DNA from: Vitrella brassicaformis CCMP3155
Lineage: Eukaryota; Protista; Chromerida
Length of the DNA stretch: 64,000 nt
Assembly: GCA_001179505.1 (NCBI GenBank)
Contig: CDMY01000322.1
Coordinates: 1-64,000 of the forward strand
Direction: 5' to 3'
The position numbers and the translations under genes are program-made. The notes under the pieces are model-generated. The model did not search any database. It was not told the DNA's origin and saw only the letters and a list, made by a program, of their open reading frames with translations. This document shows, one piece after another, positions 1 through 14,371 of the stretch; the stretch's first letter is position 1; each line of letters starts with the position of its first letter.

Positions 1-790
1 ATGGGTGGCTGCGTGCTCGTTTGTCTGTTGCATTGGTGCGGGCTGCTAGCCTGTGTTTGAGGGGCGGGAGGCAGTCATGGCGTGGTGTTGGGGCGATGGA
101 CGGGGCTGGGGTGTTCTCATCGGATGAGTGAGCGTGCCCTTTGTGCATAGGCATATGTGGAAGATTCATGGAGGCGATTTGGACAAGCGAGTGCATGGAT
201 GCCATCTGTCAATTATCTCTTCTTCCTCCTGAGGCTGGGGGACAAACAAAAGCCAGAGTGAGGCCGACCGCTCTTCGGATGGGCGTGTGCCTGTGCAAGG
301 GGGGACTGAAGCTCGGAGGATGAGTGTTTTATCCTGCAGACTGAGTGGCCTTGTGGTGAGCTGGGCTGCTGGGGCATATTAATTATTAGCCGGTCATTTA
401 TCGATGTGCGTATGATCATTTGTCGGTGCACCCTGTGCTGTGCTGGTCGGTCATTTGTCAAGTGAGAGCTTCGGTGCTTGCTTGCTCTGTCCTGCATGCG
501 CGTTCGTTCTATAGATCTGCCTGCCTGACTCAGCCAGCCATAGTGCCGTGTGTAAGTAGATGAAGAATGACCACGTCGGTCCGCTTGTGTACCACGGAAA
601 CCCCATCACACAACCATTTTCACACGCGTCAACGGCCCGGCCCGCACAGACACATCCACACACACCATCATCCCTCGTCATGCACACGTCGATCCGGTCC
701 ATCGACAGGGAGGCGTCTCGCCAGCCAGCGGTATTCACACAGACAGACAGCCACAGTGAGTGCGATAGAGACCGACCAACGGGGAGTAAG

Positions 791-2256
791 TCACACAGCA
801 GCGAGGAAGGGGTGGCTGAGGGCATCGGTGGGCGAAATGCGCTCGTCGGGCTGCCACGCCAACATCCGCTGCACCAGCTCTCACACCACAGGGCGATCAG
901 GGATCGTGTTGGCATCCAGCCGTCCCATTTGCTCACCGTGAGGAGGTCCATCCCGTCGGTGTCTTTGTGCAGCGGAATGCCGGGCGACTCCTGTGAGTGA
1001 GGCGACAGACACACCCAACGAACCATGGTGTAATTCTCGTCGTTGTTGGCCTTGATATGATCCATCCACTCAGACAATCGCACCGACGTACCGAAATGCT
1101 TTTCCTGAGGTGTGCGACGACGTCCCGCTGCTTCTGGACCATCTTGTCGTTGTCCCTGACAGACAGACAACCATGAGAGCAATCGCCATGACATGAGAGT
1201 CGTCCAGTCCCCCCGTCCGTTCGTTGGATGGCCTGCTTAGCTTCCTTACTTGCCGGTGACGGCGAAGTGGCCCATGCCCATGAAGGGCCGACGGCCGCCC
1301 TGGCCATACTCCTGCACACACACGACAGACAGACACCAAATGTCAGTGTCTGTCATGGAGAGAGGGTGGTCCCAGCCCACCACTCTGGCTTTGTACGAGA
1401 GCCACAGGGGCACCCCCACACACAGCTCGAGCGTGATGGCCCCCACCGCCCACGTGTCGAAGCTCCAGGGCGTCGACTGGTCCACCAAACCTGACAACCG
1501 ATGCTGCAGCTCATCCTGGCCAGGCAGGCACCATGACAGACAGACATCAAAAGCAAGGCACCACGGCAGGCAGTATTCTCTCTCCGTGTGTGCCTTCCTG
1601 TGCATCCAGCACCGCACCCTAGATTTGCCGCTGTGTCGTTTGCCCATTGCCTGTAGGGCTTCCGGCGGCATGTACTCTGGCGTGGCCATGCCCACCTGGT
1701 GGCTCTCGTGGTACCGATACGCTGCCCACACACAGAGAACCAACCAACCAGCCCACCGACCCACCATAGCCCATTCATTGGTGTGTTGCGTGTGCCGACC
1801 GACGCACAGCAGGCAGGCACCTCACCTGAGCCAAAGTCGATGATTCTGACGCCCTGGTACACAAAGTCCCTCTGGCTGTCACCCTGCACACCACACAGCA
1901 GAAGCATGCACGAACTTGCTGGGTTTGTGCATTCTGATTGTGTGGGTGTGCATTCTGATTGAGTACATCGGGTGTGATGAGCAGGATATTGTCCGGCTTG
2001 AGGTCGCCGTGCACCAGACCGGAACGCCAGAAGAGCTCCAGCGCCTCTGAAGAGACACCACACCACTGTGAATGGGTGAAGGCGTGTGAGGTGAGGGCGT
2101 GTGCCTTGCGTGTGAGTGGGTTGCTTACGGAAGATGTCCCTCAGGAGCCTCTTGAGCACTCGTATGTCGCGCTGGAGAGACTGCAGTGCACACAGACACA
2201 CACGCACACACACACTGAGTAGGGTATCGGTGTCACGCTGCTCGCACTCTCTCTCT

Positions 2257-2309
<53 letters not shown>

Positions 2310-4824
2310 TGACCTTGTAGAATGGCATGTGTATGACGTTGTAGATCCTCTCCCCGTGGAAGAAGGTCCCCTGAATCTTGAACGACACCTTGCTCATCGA
2401 CGCACCTGTGCACACACACACATACGTTCATGAGCCGCATTCTGCTGTGTGTGTGAGTGCCACTCTCGCCCTCTAGAGCACCGGCGAAGTCGAAGACGAG
2501 CCACAGGTCTCTCTTCAGGTCATGGTACTCCAACAGACGGGCTATGTGCACCACACCTGCACAGGCATCGCACCTCACACCACAGTCACAGCTGGAGCAC
2601 AAGAACACGTGTGTGTGTGTGGTTGGGTACCAGGGTACTGGAGGGGGTCAATCTTGAAGCCCCCGCGGCCACTCAGATCAAAGTACATGGCTGCACCCAT
2701 TGCACACAGACACACAGACAGACAGGGAGTGGTGGTAAAAGTGGTGTTGAATGTGTGTGTGCGCGTGTGTGCTGTGCCCACCAGCAACGTTGATCTCTCG
2801 CCACGCCGACTCTATGTCAGCCCGCCCCTTGGCGCCGCAGCACTTGGCCACCTGCACACACAGACACACACTCACATCCATGTGTCTGTCTGTGTGTGTC
2901 GTGGTGGTGGTCTTTGTGCGCTCCTCCACCTGTTTGATGGCCACTTTGTCGCCCGTGGGCCGTCTCTCGGCCAGCCACACAACGGCACACCCGCCCCTGC
3001 CCAGCATCTTCACGCGACTGTAGCCGTCCAGCCAACGATTCCCATACACAGCAACATCTGCACACACACGCACGCACACACACACACACACACAGCACAC
3101 TCAGAGCGTCACACTCTCCCTCCCTCCCTCCCTCCCTCAGTGTGTTGGTGTGTCATTTCGACCTTCGTGTGTGAGCCCGTCTACACTAGGCATGTTCATG
3201 ATCATTTCCTCAGTGGACATCCGCCCCCCCAGAGTGCCCCGAAAGGTGTGCGCGCTGCGGCTCGTCGACGGCGTGGCGCACACAGCCGGCCGCCGACGGG
3301 CAGGCGTCCGCGCCACGGTCGACGGGGCAGCTGCAGACAGACACCACCCATGCCATGTGCGACGACAATCCATCGTTTCGTTGTTGACGTCTTGCCGTGC
3401 ACTCGTACCTTTGGTCATCGACGTGTCGGTCTTGTTGTTGTGTGTGTGTGTCGTGGCGGTGGCGGTGGCGGTGGCAGTCTTTTTGCTCCTGACGCGCCTC
3501 ATCTCCTCCGCCTCGCCAGCCCCCTCCTCGACGCGACTCGCGCCGGGAGGGGGCACCTTCCTGGGCCCACCCCCTCCCCCTCCCCTCCTGCCGCCACCAC
3601 ATCTCAAGGCGCTCTCGAACGGTGCCCTGCCGTCGTGCACTGACACATGGTCGACCGACAGATCCACCGACGCGTACAGCAGCCCCTTGACAGGCACTGG
3701 TCTGTCGTCGGTGGTGACCGTCGACATGCGGCTGATGGCGTGGCCCAGGGGGGCGGTGGTGGCTGTGTCTGCTACGGTGAGGGGGGAGGTGAGGGGGCTG
3801 TCGAAGGATAAAGGGCGGGACGGGTTCGGCTCGTGGTTTGGCGTGGGCAGCTCGGAATGCAGCGGGCCCCCTGAAGGAGCGAGAAGGGACAAAGGGGAGA
3901 AGATGGTCGCATCGGAGGGTGCGCGCCTACATGCGTCAGGAGATGCGTAGTCCCTCAGCTGCGACACCGCCTTGCCCTCGACCCTCCGCCGCCTATACTG
4001 ACCCGACACGCCACTCTCACGCTCATCCTGACAGCCAACACCCCCAGCAGCAGCAGACGATGAGTTGCCCCCAAGCGTCCTTCTAGCCACCTGACCAATC
4101 CAGATGGACACAACAAAACAAAACCTCGCCGCTTTGTCAGTCAGTCCATTCTCCATCCGTCCATTCTCCTCTCTCAACTACCTGCGATAGCTGCGCCGCA
4201 AAACACGCCTTCAGCGGCGGATGAAAAGACGCCGACGGGTGGGGGCCCAGCCTTTCCCTCTCGTCATAGGCAGACAGGTCCGTGTGTGTGGAGGAAGGTG
4301 CGATGGCATCGGGCCCTTTCGATGGCATCGGCCGTGGGGGCCGCTTCCGAGTGCTGGGGGGAGGGTTGCAGGGGCGGGGGGAGGGCGCAAGGGCCAGGCG
4401 AGAACGGGAGCCAGTCACTGACAACACAAGGCCAGCAGAGAGCCATACAAACGACACACAGCAATATAAGGCGTCATGCGCGTGGCTCCCACCCATCCAC
4501 CAATCCATCTATCTCACCCTTTTCGGTCAGCACGGGCGAGAGTTGCAGCGCTAGGCTTCCCCTCCTATCTTCCGCCGCCAGCACGCCAATGCCGCCTCGG
4601 CCGTGCCGTGTGTTGTACGGCGGCGGCTGGGTGCTGGTGCTGGCGGCGGCCGATGGCGGTGCTGGAGGTCCGATGCGCAGACGGCGAGGGGGGTAGGGGG
4701 ACCGACGAGAGTCGATGCGGGAAGGAACTGACGGCACAGTTGCAATGGCATGCAATCGTCTGATTGTCCAGCGCCGCTGCCGGCGTGTCTGTGTGTTGTC
4801 CGCCTGCGTACCTACCTTGGTCAT
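791..4824 (-). CDS. Multi-exon Ser/Thr protein kinase with long low-complexity N-terminus (5' end uncertain)
   Basis: Exons give kinase subdomains in order: MLGRGGCAVVWLA..VAIK (~2930-3030), HGDLKPDNILL (~1975-2012), RIIDFGS (~1830-1850), ATPEYMPPE (~1660-1690), DTWAVGAI (~1430-1460), QPDERISPTDALSHPF then TGA at 791-793. Confidence 0.9.
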
Positions 4825-5106
4825 AGTTGTTGAATGAGACGGCCCGTGCTGTCATGCCTGATCGGGACCGCTGACCTCGACTTGACATCACTCACTCACC
4901 AGCAGAGCATGCAGCCCCCTGTCCAGCAGAGCAGCGCTCTGTGCGGAAGTGTCTCAATCAGGGCCCTTAATGGGTCGATCGCCGCTTGCTGCATCCTCGA
5001 GGGCTCCAAATGGGTTTCTAACGAGCTGTGTTGCCATTCAAGCTCGCAATCTAAGCTCGCGCACTGAAGCGAAAGAGAGAAGACGAAAAGGGCGTCACTT
5101 GGAGTC

Positions 5107-6792
5107 ATGTCGGGCGGCGGCTCATCCTCGATCAGTGTGGAGGAGAAGCGGCGCATCGTCCGCTACATCATGCTCAACAGCCCGCCGGGGCAGACGCAAG
5201 AAGTCCTCACAGGTACGTCTGTGCACTCAATCAGAGAGATCTGCCGCCTAGCCTGTCTGAGCCGCGACGTGCAGAATTCAGTCATCGAAGAGTGTGTGGC
5301 ATGTGCATGTGTTGGTTCGAACAGACTGCCGAAAGCTGCTTCAGAATGACCCCGAGGTGCTGAGTGAGAGTGCGTTGTCGGAGATCCTCGCAGAGCACAA
5401 CGAGCAGAAGCTGCTCGCCGTCCGACTTCCCCAATCCAACTTGCCCAAGGTGAGGTGACCCGCACACCGCGGGGAATGCAATACAATAAATCTGAGTATG
5501 GAATGGCTCATGTGGTGTGGTGTGGTGTGGTGCAGGGCATTGTGTGTCGGCAGGGGAGGCTGGCTGATCGTCTGTATCTGGAGCCGCGAACCAAGCATGT
5601 CTTCGAGGTGGCACACATCACACAGGTAAGGCCGAAAGAAACGCCCATAGAGAGCATGGGCATCCTTGCCATGTACCATTCGTCTCTTCAGACGGTGGCG
5701 GGCAGCGTGACCGCTGCAGAGCCAAGCCAGCTGCCAACGAGGGCCGAGCCATACCGGTGCACACCACACACATAAACCGCCAGACACACAACACATGCTC
5801 TTGGTGCGCGGTGGGTGCAGCGCTGCCCTGGACACAGCGATGGACGGCTACATCGCCACCCACTACTACCCCGATGAGCAGCCCTTGCCCACTGCATCCG
5901 GCGGCACGTCCGGCGTGGCGCATGCCGTCTACGGCGTGGACGAGGGCAAGGATGCCGTCACGCTGCATGTCGTCATATCAGCCAAGAACCAAAACCTCAA
6001 GAACTACTGGTACGCGACGACGGGAGAGCCGGAGGGTTTTCTTATTTCGTGTGGCTCATGTGTGTCGCTTGTATCCTCTTGTGTGAGTAGGGCTGGTGGC
6101 TGGGCGTCTCAGTGGAGTATCACGTTCACACCCAACCAAACCACATCTGCGAAGCTCAAGGTGCGGGAGCTCGATGCTCACAGTCGCACATGCCATTCGG
6201 CTGTCTCTCTCCCTGTGTGTGTGTGTGTGTGTACGTTCCTCTCAGGGCAGTGCGTCAGTGTTGACGCATTTCTTCGAGGAGGGCAACGTGCAGATGCACG
6301 CAGACAACGACATGCAGGCAGACATACAACCACCAGACCTCAAGGTCACCACACCCCCTCCCCCCTCCCCTGCCCCCCTCCACACACATCGACTGCAGAT
6401 GAATGTCTGTTTGTGTGTCTGTCTGTCTGCAGTCGGCGGAGTCGTTGTCATCAGCGGTGGCCAAGGCCATCTCCACCCTCGAGGGCGCCTTCCACCAGTC
6501 CATGGAAGACAAATACGCCGCATGCGGTAAACACGCACAGCGAACAACGAGTCGACTCCCCTCTCTTGACGACTGCATGCGCCTGTCTGTGTGCTTATGT
6601 GTGCTTATATGTGGTGTGTCAGCCGACCGTGCCTTCAAGAGTTTGCGCCGCACGCTGCCGATAACGATGGAGAAGTTCGACTGGAGCCCCCTCAAACACG
6701 TCATCAGGAAGGACCTCACCGAGAGGACACACCCACAAGCCACACACGCGACAGCTGCTGCTCCTGTGGCCGGTGGCGGCAAAGGCACATAG
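5107..6792 (+). CDS. CAPZA: F-actin capping protein subunit alpha
   Basis: EEKRRIVRYIMLNSPPGQTQEVL; VISAKNQNLKNYW-AGGWASQW; THFFEEGNVQMH; FKSLRRTLPITMEKFDW. These are the characteristic CapZ-alpha motifs across about 9 exons. Confidence 0.93.
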
Positions 6793-7462
6793 CCCAGATA
6801 GGGAGACAGACCTGTTTATAGTCTAGCTACTAGTGTATGATCTGTCAATAGCAGAGAGGTGCCTGCAGATGTTTTTCCATGTGCTTCGTCCTTTGGAGCA
6901 TCTTTGCAACTAACTGGTGGTTGATCTCTTTCTCTCTGGCTTGTCGTCTTTCTACGTGTGTCATCACGCTGACGACGGTGTACTGATCACGGCTGGCGTG
7001 AAGAGCAAACCGTCGTGATCATGGTGACACACGAAGAAAGACGATGCCGGCCATTCCATGATCCATCGTCTATGATCAAGTGTAAGACAAGTCTGCCTGT
7101 CTGTCTGTCTGGCTCATGGTCCTCGCATGTCTCATTGCTCCCGCCTCATGGGTGGCCTGCTCGTCGCTGCTGAACAGATCGCGATGGACAAACCACTTGA
7201 GGAGCGGGGCCAATGAGACTGTGAAGTGAACCAGATTGCCGTGATGAATGCTTGTGCAGGGTCCGAAACCCTTCAACCCCTCATACCCTGAAACCCGTCT
7301 TACCCTGCAGACTTCCAAGCCGCCGTGTTGTCCTCCCTTGTTTGCAGCTCATCGGGCGTCATCTGTCGTGTTGTTTCCGGTTTCCCTCCTCTTGCCCACC
7401 TCAGCCTCTCCCGCCCCTCCCTCCGTCCCTGCAAGTGGCAAGTTACAGTTGCATTTCTGAGA

Positions 7463-9480
<2,018 letters not shown>

Positions 9481-9683
9481 TTGGATGGGTGGGGTGGGGT
9501 GGGTTAGGGAAGGGAGCGATGCAGAGCCTCACAGGGTGATTGTTTATTGTCTTGTACAGTAGGCAGTGAGTGACACACACGGGTTGGTTGATGGGGCAGG
9601 GTATATATATAGCTCTGTCCGTCTTTTTGGAGCAGAAGTGACTGACTGGCTGCGAATGCACAAGTGTTCGGGCGTGGATAAGA

Positions 9684-9714
<31 letters not shown>

Positions 9715-10202
9715 GAGTCAGCCTGTCTATGGGTCGGTGTGCACACATGCATCTGCCGATGGGAGAGGGAGAGACGTCCGTGTGCAAACCTCACAAGTGA
9801 GTGACATTCAGCTTCATCCACATATTCTTGACCAGCTACACCGGCAGAAAATCATGCCAACACACGCGTGGTGCTTTGACGCCACCACCCATCGTCCACT
9901 ATGTTCGACACCACCAACACAAAGCACTTTGCGCACTTGGCGAGAATTCTCGTCGGGAGACTTTACTTGAAAAGACAAAACACAAACAACACATTCGCCC
10001 CCGTGTGATGCGTAATCTCGTTCTACTCTTTCTCCTCGTTGGCTTAATGGCGTCCCACGCACCTCATCCTCATCATCCCGCCCCTCCCTCCCTTCCCAAC
10101 ACACACAGCGGGCCACTTATCGCCCGCCATTTCTGTCTGTCTGTCTGCCCGCCCCCACCCCCCCCGGCTCTCCGCACCGTATCCCACTAGTCTGTCTCCC
10201 TA

Positions 10203-10823
10203 TCACAGGGCTCCCTCCCCGATGAACAGTCGGAAGTCAGTGAAGGTCACCCTCCCCGCCCTCCCCCTGTCCATGGCGGCAAACACCTCCGCCGCGCTGA
10301 TCTTGACGGCCGGGCACACCTCGCCCATCGCACACTCGATGTCGTCCAGCAGCAGGAAGCCGCGGGAGTGCCGGTCAAGAGCAGAGAAGGCCCGGAAGGA
10401 CCGGTCAAACGATGAGATCAGCCGCTCCCGACGCCTCACCTGCACCCACGGGCAACACACTCCCTGATCCGTCGGTGAGAGAGAACCGTTGCTTACGATG
10501 GCTCTGAAGACCTCTTTTGAGAGGCCTGGCGGCGTGAAGGGCGGCCGCTGGTGACTGAGCCCCTCCTCCCACAAGTGCTGATGCACAGCACCACACCACA
10601 CCACACCAGCAGCCATACCCTTGTGCCTTGTTTGTTTGTGTCCATCGATCCCTTTCTGCCGACCCACCTGAATGTCACTCTTGACGAATGGGAAGCCGAA
10701 CACCGCCAGCAGGGCGCTCTTGAGCTCTGCGCGCGTCAGCACGCCCTTGGAGCCGTGGTCAAAGCGGCAGAAGATCCTATCCACGTCGCCATCGGACACA
10801 CTGCCAAAACGAGGCTCAGCCAT
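10203..10823 (-). CDS. Small EF-hand calcium-binding protein (EFCAB11-like)
   Basis: EF-hand-like loops FDHGSKGVLTRAEL, LDRHSRGFLLLDDI and MDRGRAGRVTFTDF in about 3 exons. Confidence 0.75.
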   Translation of the reverse strand: MAEPRFGSVSDGDVDRIFCRFDHGSKGVLTRAELKSALLAVFGFPFVKSDIQVGRQKGIDGHKQTRHKGMAAGVVWCGAVHQHLWEEGLSHQRPPFTPPGLSKEVFRAIVSNGSLSPTDQGVCCPWVQVRRRERLISSFDRSFRAFSALDRHSRGFLLLDDIECAMGEVCPAVKISAAEVFAAMDRGRAGRVTFTDFRLFIGEGAL

Positions 10824-11481
10824 GATTCGCTGATGAGAGCACCTGAATGAACGAAACAATGCCATACACACAACACACAGAGAGTGACCTGACGGAGGGA
10901 TGATCTGTGTCTGTCCTTCATTCAGCTGACCTTTTTTCGGCGGCTCAGTCATCGCACCTCGTCAGCTGCTATCGACGCCGGCGATGAATGGAAACGCCAT
11001 TGCTGAAGAGATTGAAGTTGTGAAGGTGCCTGTGAGGATGCTGCAGGCTGCCCAAGGGACGTGAGAGAAGGGAAAGATCCTCCCTCAGTTTCCAAGCTCG
11101 CATTGACGTGAGGCTGGTCGGACATCATGGCTTTCCCCTCTCGCCCGAAAAGAGGGCCCCAAATGAGCACGCACGGGCTGGCACCCAGGAGGCGAGGTAC
11201 GTGGATCTTCCCCCGCCCTCATGCGTTCCTCGAATCAATCACTCTGAATCTGGTGTGTGTGTGGATGTGTGTGTAGATGTCAGTAAGACCCCTCTGAATG
11301 GACCCCGTGTGTTGGCGCTGTTTAGTGTAGAGGTGTCTGACATTGCTGAGGGCGAATCAGGTGAGCGGATGGAAAGAGAAAGGAGTACCCACCGCCCACT
11401 TGCAGCTGCCCCGGCCGGCTTGCTTGTGTTCCATCTGTGCGTGCAGTTGCCCTTGTGCTTGGCACTCGAGAACCCATCGCC

Positions 11482-13615
11482 ATGAGTCCCCCGTCGCCGA
11501 CTTGCCCGAGGTGGTCTCTGTCTGTGGTACTCCCTTCAGCAAGTAGGAAGCTTCGTGAAGGGGGGTACAGCCGCAGCGACTTCGTAGTGAGGTGCAACTA
11601 CAGCTACGGCATCATCGGAGCCGACGGACAGCTCAAGCGCCGCGAAGATGAAGAAATGGGTGACGGCGAGGAGGAATGGGGCGAAGAGAGCGAGGGATGG
11701 GAGTGGCAAGTGGAGGGAGAGGGAGAGGAAGAGGAAGTGATAGAGATAGAGGATGAAGAAGAAGAGCCGGCGGCTGAAGAGGGAGGAGGGCGGCGGCTGA
11801 TGGCGGACGACACGCCTCATCTGGTCTTCTTCAAGGACACATATGGGATGTGGGAGGACGAGACGGATGGGGTGTCGCTGAGGCCAGCTGAGGGCTCCAC
11901 ACCGGTGAGTGATGAGGCAACCACACACCAATGAGGCAGAGAAGACACAACAACTGTGGTGCGCGTGTGTGTCGATCAATCAGGGGCCGTCCGAGTCGTT
12001 CGTCTTTGGGTCATCCCCTCCTCCAGCGCTCTACGCCACTGTGCCGCCCGACCAGCCCCCCACCTTCCCGGACCGAGTGAAGATCTGGCGACCCTCCAGT
12101 GCTTGGTCGGATGGCACCCCTAACGTCATCGATTTCCGCGGCGCGAGCCAGCTGACGAGGCAGCTGGTTGTCCACATCGCCTGCAATGCCATCAGTGAGG
12201 GGTCAGCCCGAGACCTCCTCCACCGAGGCGCCGAGGCCGACCAGATCGTCAAGACCGACCGGTGCGGCCCCCTCGACGACATGAGCCTGCCCCAGCTTGC
12301 CGCAGAGCACCTGGACGAGCCCGAGGCCGTCGGCGTGATGCGCGTGCTGCTGGACGCTGGCGCCCCGATCCTCCCACCAAACAGACGCAGCGACCACGAC
12401 AGCGCACTTCACACGGCCGCGCTGGCCGGCAAGTGGGGTGTGCTGGACGTCATGCTGGAGCCGCAGTACGGCATCTCAGTTGCCGGACAGTGTTTGCTGG
12501 CGGCGGTGTGTCGCAGCGAGTCGGGCTCTGCCGACAAGCTGCGTGTGGTCAAGATGCTCGGCGAGCGGGACGTGACAGTGCTGTCGGAGAAGGGCGACGA
12601 CGGGTGGCGGCCCATCCATCACTTCAGTTCAAGGCCACTGAGCGAGGAGAAGCTGCAGGAGCAGCTCATCGACTACTTGGCCGAGAAGCTGGGGACCGAT
12701 GTCGTCAACACGCCCGTCCAGCACCCTCCCCCACTTGGCCCAGGCAACATCGGGACCAGGGACGGCAAGCGGCCCCTCTCCCTAGCTCATCTGACGTACG
12801 GCACATACCGGAGCTCAGCGGATGCGACCATTGAGCGTCTCTATCGGTATGGGGCGGCGCGGCACATCAACACGCCCGACAGGCAGGGCAACACGGTCCT
12901 CAGGAATGCGGCATCGAACCGAGACTGCCCTAGCGAAGCCCTCGTCAGTCTGCTCGAACACGGCGCGTCTGTGGCGACTGCCGGGCTCACACAGCAGGGT
13001 GGCGGGATCACACAGCAGGGTGGCGGGATCACACAGCAGGGTAGACGAGCCAGGCTGCTCACGGCATACTCGTCCTTCCTCAACGAGTCCATCCCCCGCG
13101 GAGCCCTGCAGACCATCAACGAGGCCCTCCGCCCATCACGCAGCCTCATGGCGTCCCTCAGCCAGCCCATCCCCCTCCGCAGCCGCACCATCGCCCTGCC
13201 GTCTGGCGTCCTGACGACCATCAACGGCTATCTCGCCCCCACCGACCAGACCGACAGCCCGCCCCCTCCCATCACCATCGGCGATGAGCCCATCGGCACA
13301 CAAATCAACCAAGCCGTGCGCCAGTACGTCACGGCCGCAGCGCGTGTGATCTGCCAGCCGGTGCCGCAGCAGCAGGAGGGCAGCCAGGAGCGGCCGCAGA
13401 GGCACGGCAACGTTCGTGTGGTGGGGGGTGACGGCGTCGCTGCGCTGCGATGCTTCGCCATAGGCGGCGCCGCCCAGCCGCGGCAGCGCATTGGTGTGTG
13501 CGAGATCATCGCACGGGCAGTGCGGCTGGAGGCGTCGCGATACGACATCGGCGTGACCCTCCGCCACAACATCTTCGATGACACCCACGTGCTGGGCGCA
13601 TTGGCGGTCGTGTAA
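11482..13615 (+). CDS. Ankyrin-repeat protein with acidic N-terminal region and lineage-specific C-terminal domain
   Basis: 1.6-kb uninterrupted exon (ORF 11909-13615) with ankyrin-like units SALHTAALAGKWGVLDVML, GWRPIHHF, GNTVLRNAA..LVSLLEHGA. The upstream exon is Glu-rich. The start codon is tentative. Confidence 0.75.
12987..13042 (+). repeat. In-frame 21-bp tandem repeat (about 2.6 copies) encoding TQQGGGI
   Basis: cacacagcagggtggcgggat twice plus a partial copy; protein TQQGGGITQQGGGITQQG. Confidence 0.95.
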
Positions 13616-14371
13616 GTAGCGAAAGACCGATAGACCAGACAGGGTGGTGTCGGGCGATCTTTCGGTAGGTAGAGGGACTGATTGGGTTCGTTTGCCCGAA
13701 GGGTTCCTTCCTGGTGTGTGTAGATACATACGTTGCATATATATGTGTGTGGGTCTGACGTGTGTGCGCATGTGAGCTCTGGATGAGCCGAGTACCCACT
13801 GAGCGGATGGATATGGCTGAGCGCTCTGCGGGCGCGAAACAAGGAGGGTCGTTTAAGTGCATGCGTGGCACTGCATAGATGGGGTGGGTGGCGCTTTCAT
13901 TGGCAGGCAGGCAGGCTTGTTTTGTTCGGTGGGATGTGTGTCTGCGGGTGGGAGGCGAGAGAGAGTGAAGGCATGCGTTTTGTTGTGTACTCGGTGTCTG
14001 TGTGTGTGTCTGACGACATGCCGTCAGGAAAGCCTTTTGTGTGCATGTGCATAGAACACGCCGAGAGTGTAAGTGACAGTGGATCTTTGATGTCAATGGT
14101 GATGGTCAGTGGCCGTTAAATCTCTCAATCTGCTGACATCTCTCAAGCAAAAGACGGCGTTTCGAGACCCCGGGACACTGGCCCCCATCTGTCTCGAAAA
14201 CGCCGTAACAGTTGCACTTGGATATCAGCCCTTTGTGTACCATTTTCTCTTCAAACGAGCCCATCGACCCCCCGCACTGAGGAGCGTGGTTGTCCCCCAC
14301 CGCCCTCTGCTCTCGTCTGCCCTTCTTCGCCTCTTCTCTGCTCTTTTCTCTTCCTCTCTCCCCCCGCCGTC

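Noticed and set aside
2522-3950. Long plus-strand ORFs (373 aa, 266 aa) opposite the kinase
   Set aside because: They run through (CA)n/(TG)n intron repeats, are antisense to a well-supported gene and show no motifs. Long shadow ORFs are expected in GC-rich DNA.
9801-10190. Small ORF with signal-peptide-like MRNLVLLFLLVGLMA
   Set aside because: No recognisable domain or splice support; lies in the convergent 3' region of two genes. Could be real but is unsupported.
12987-13042. CRISPR-like array in the short direct repeats here and at 54917-54945
   Set aside because: Repeats are contiguous without unique spacers, only 2-3 copies, and no cas genes; eukaryotic context.
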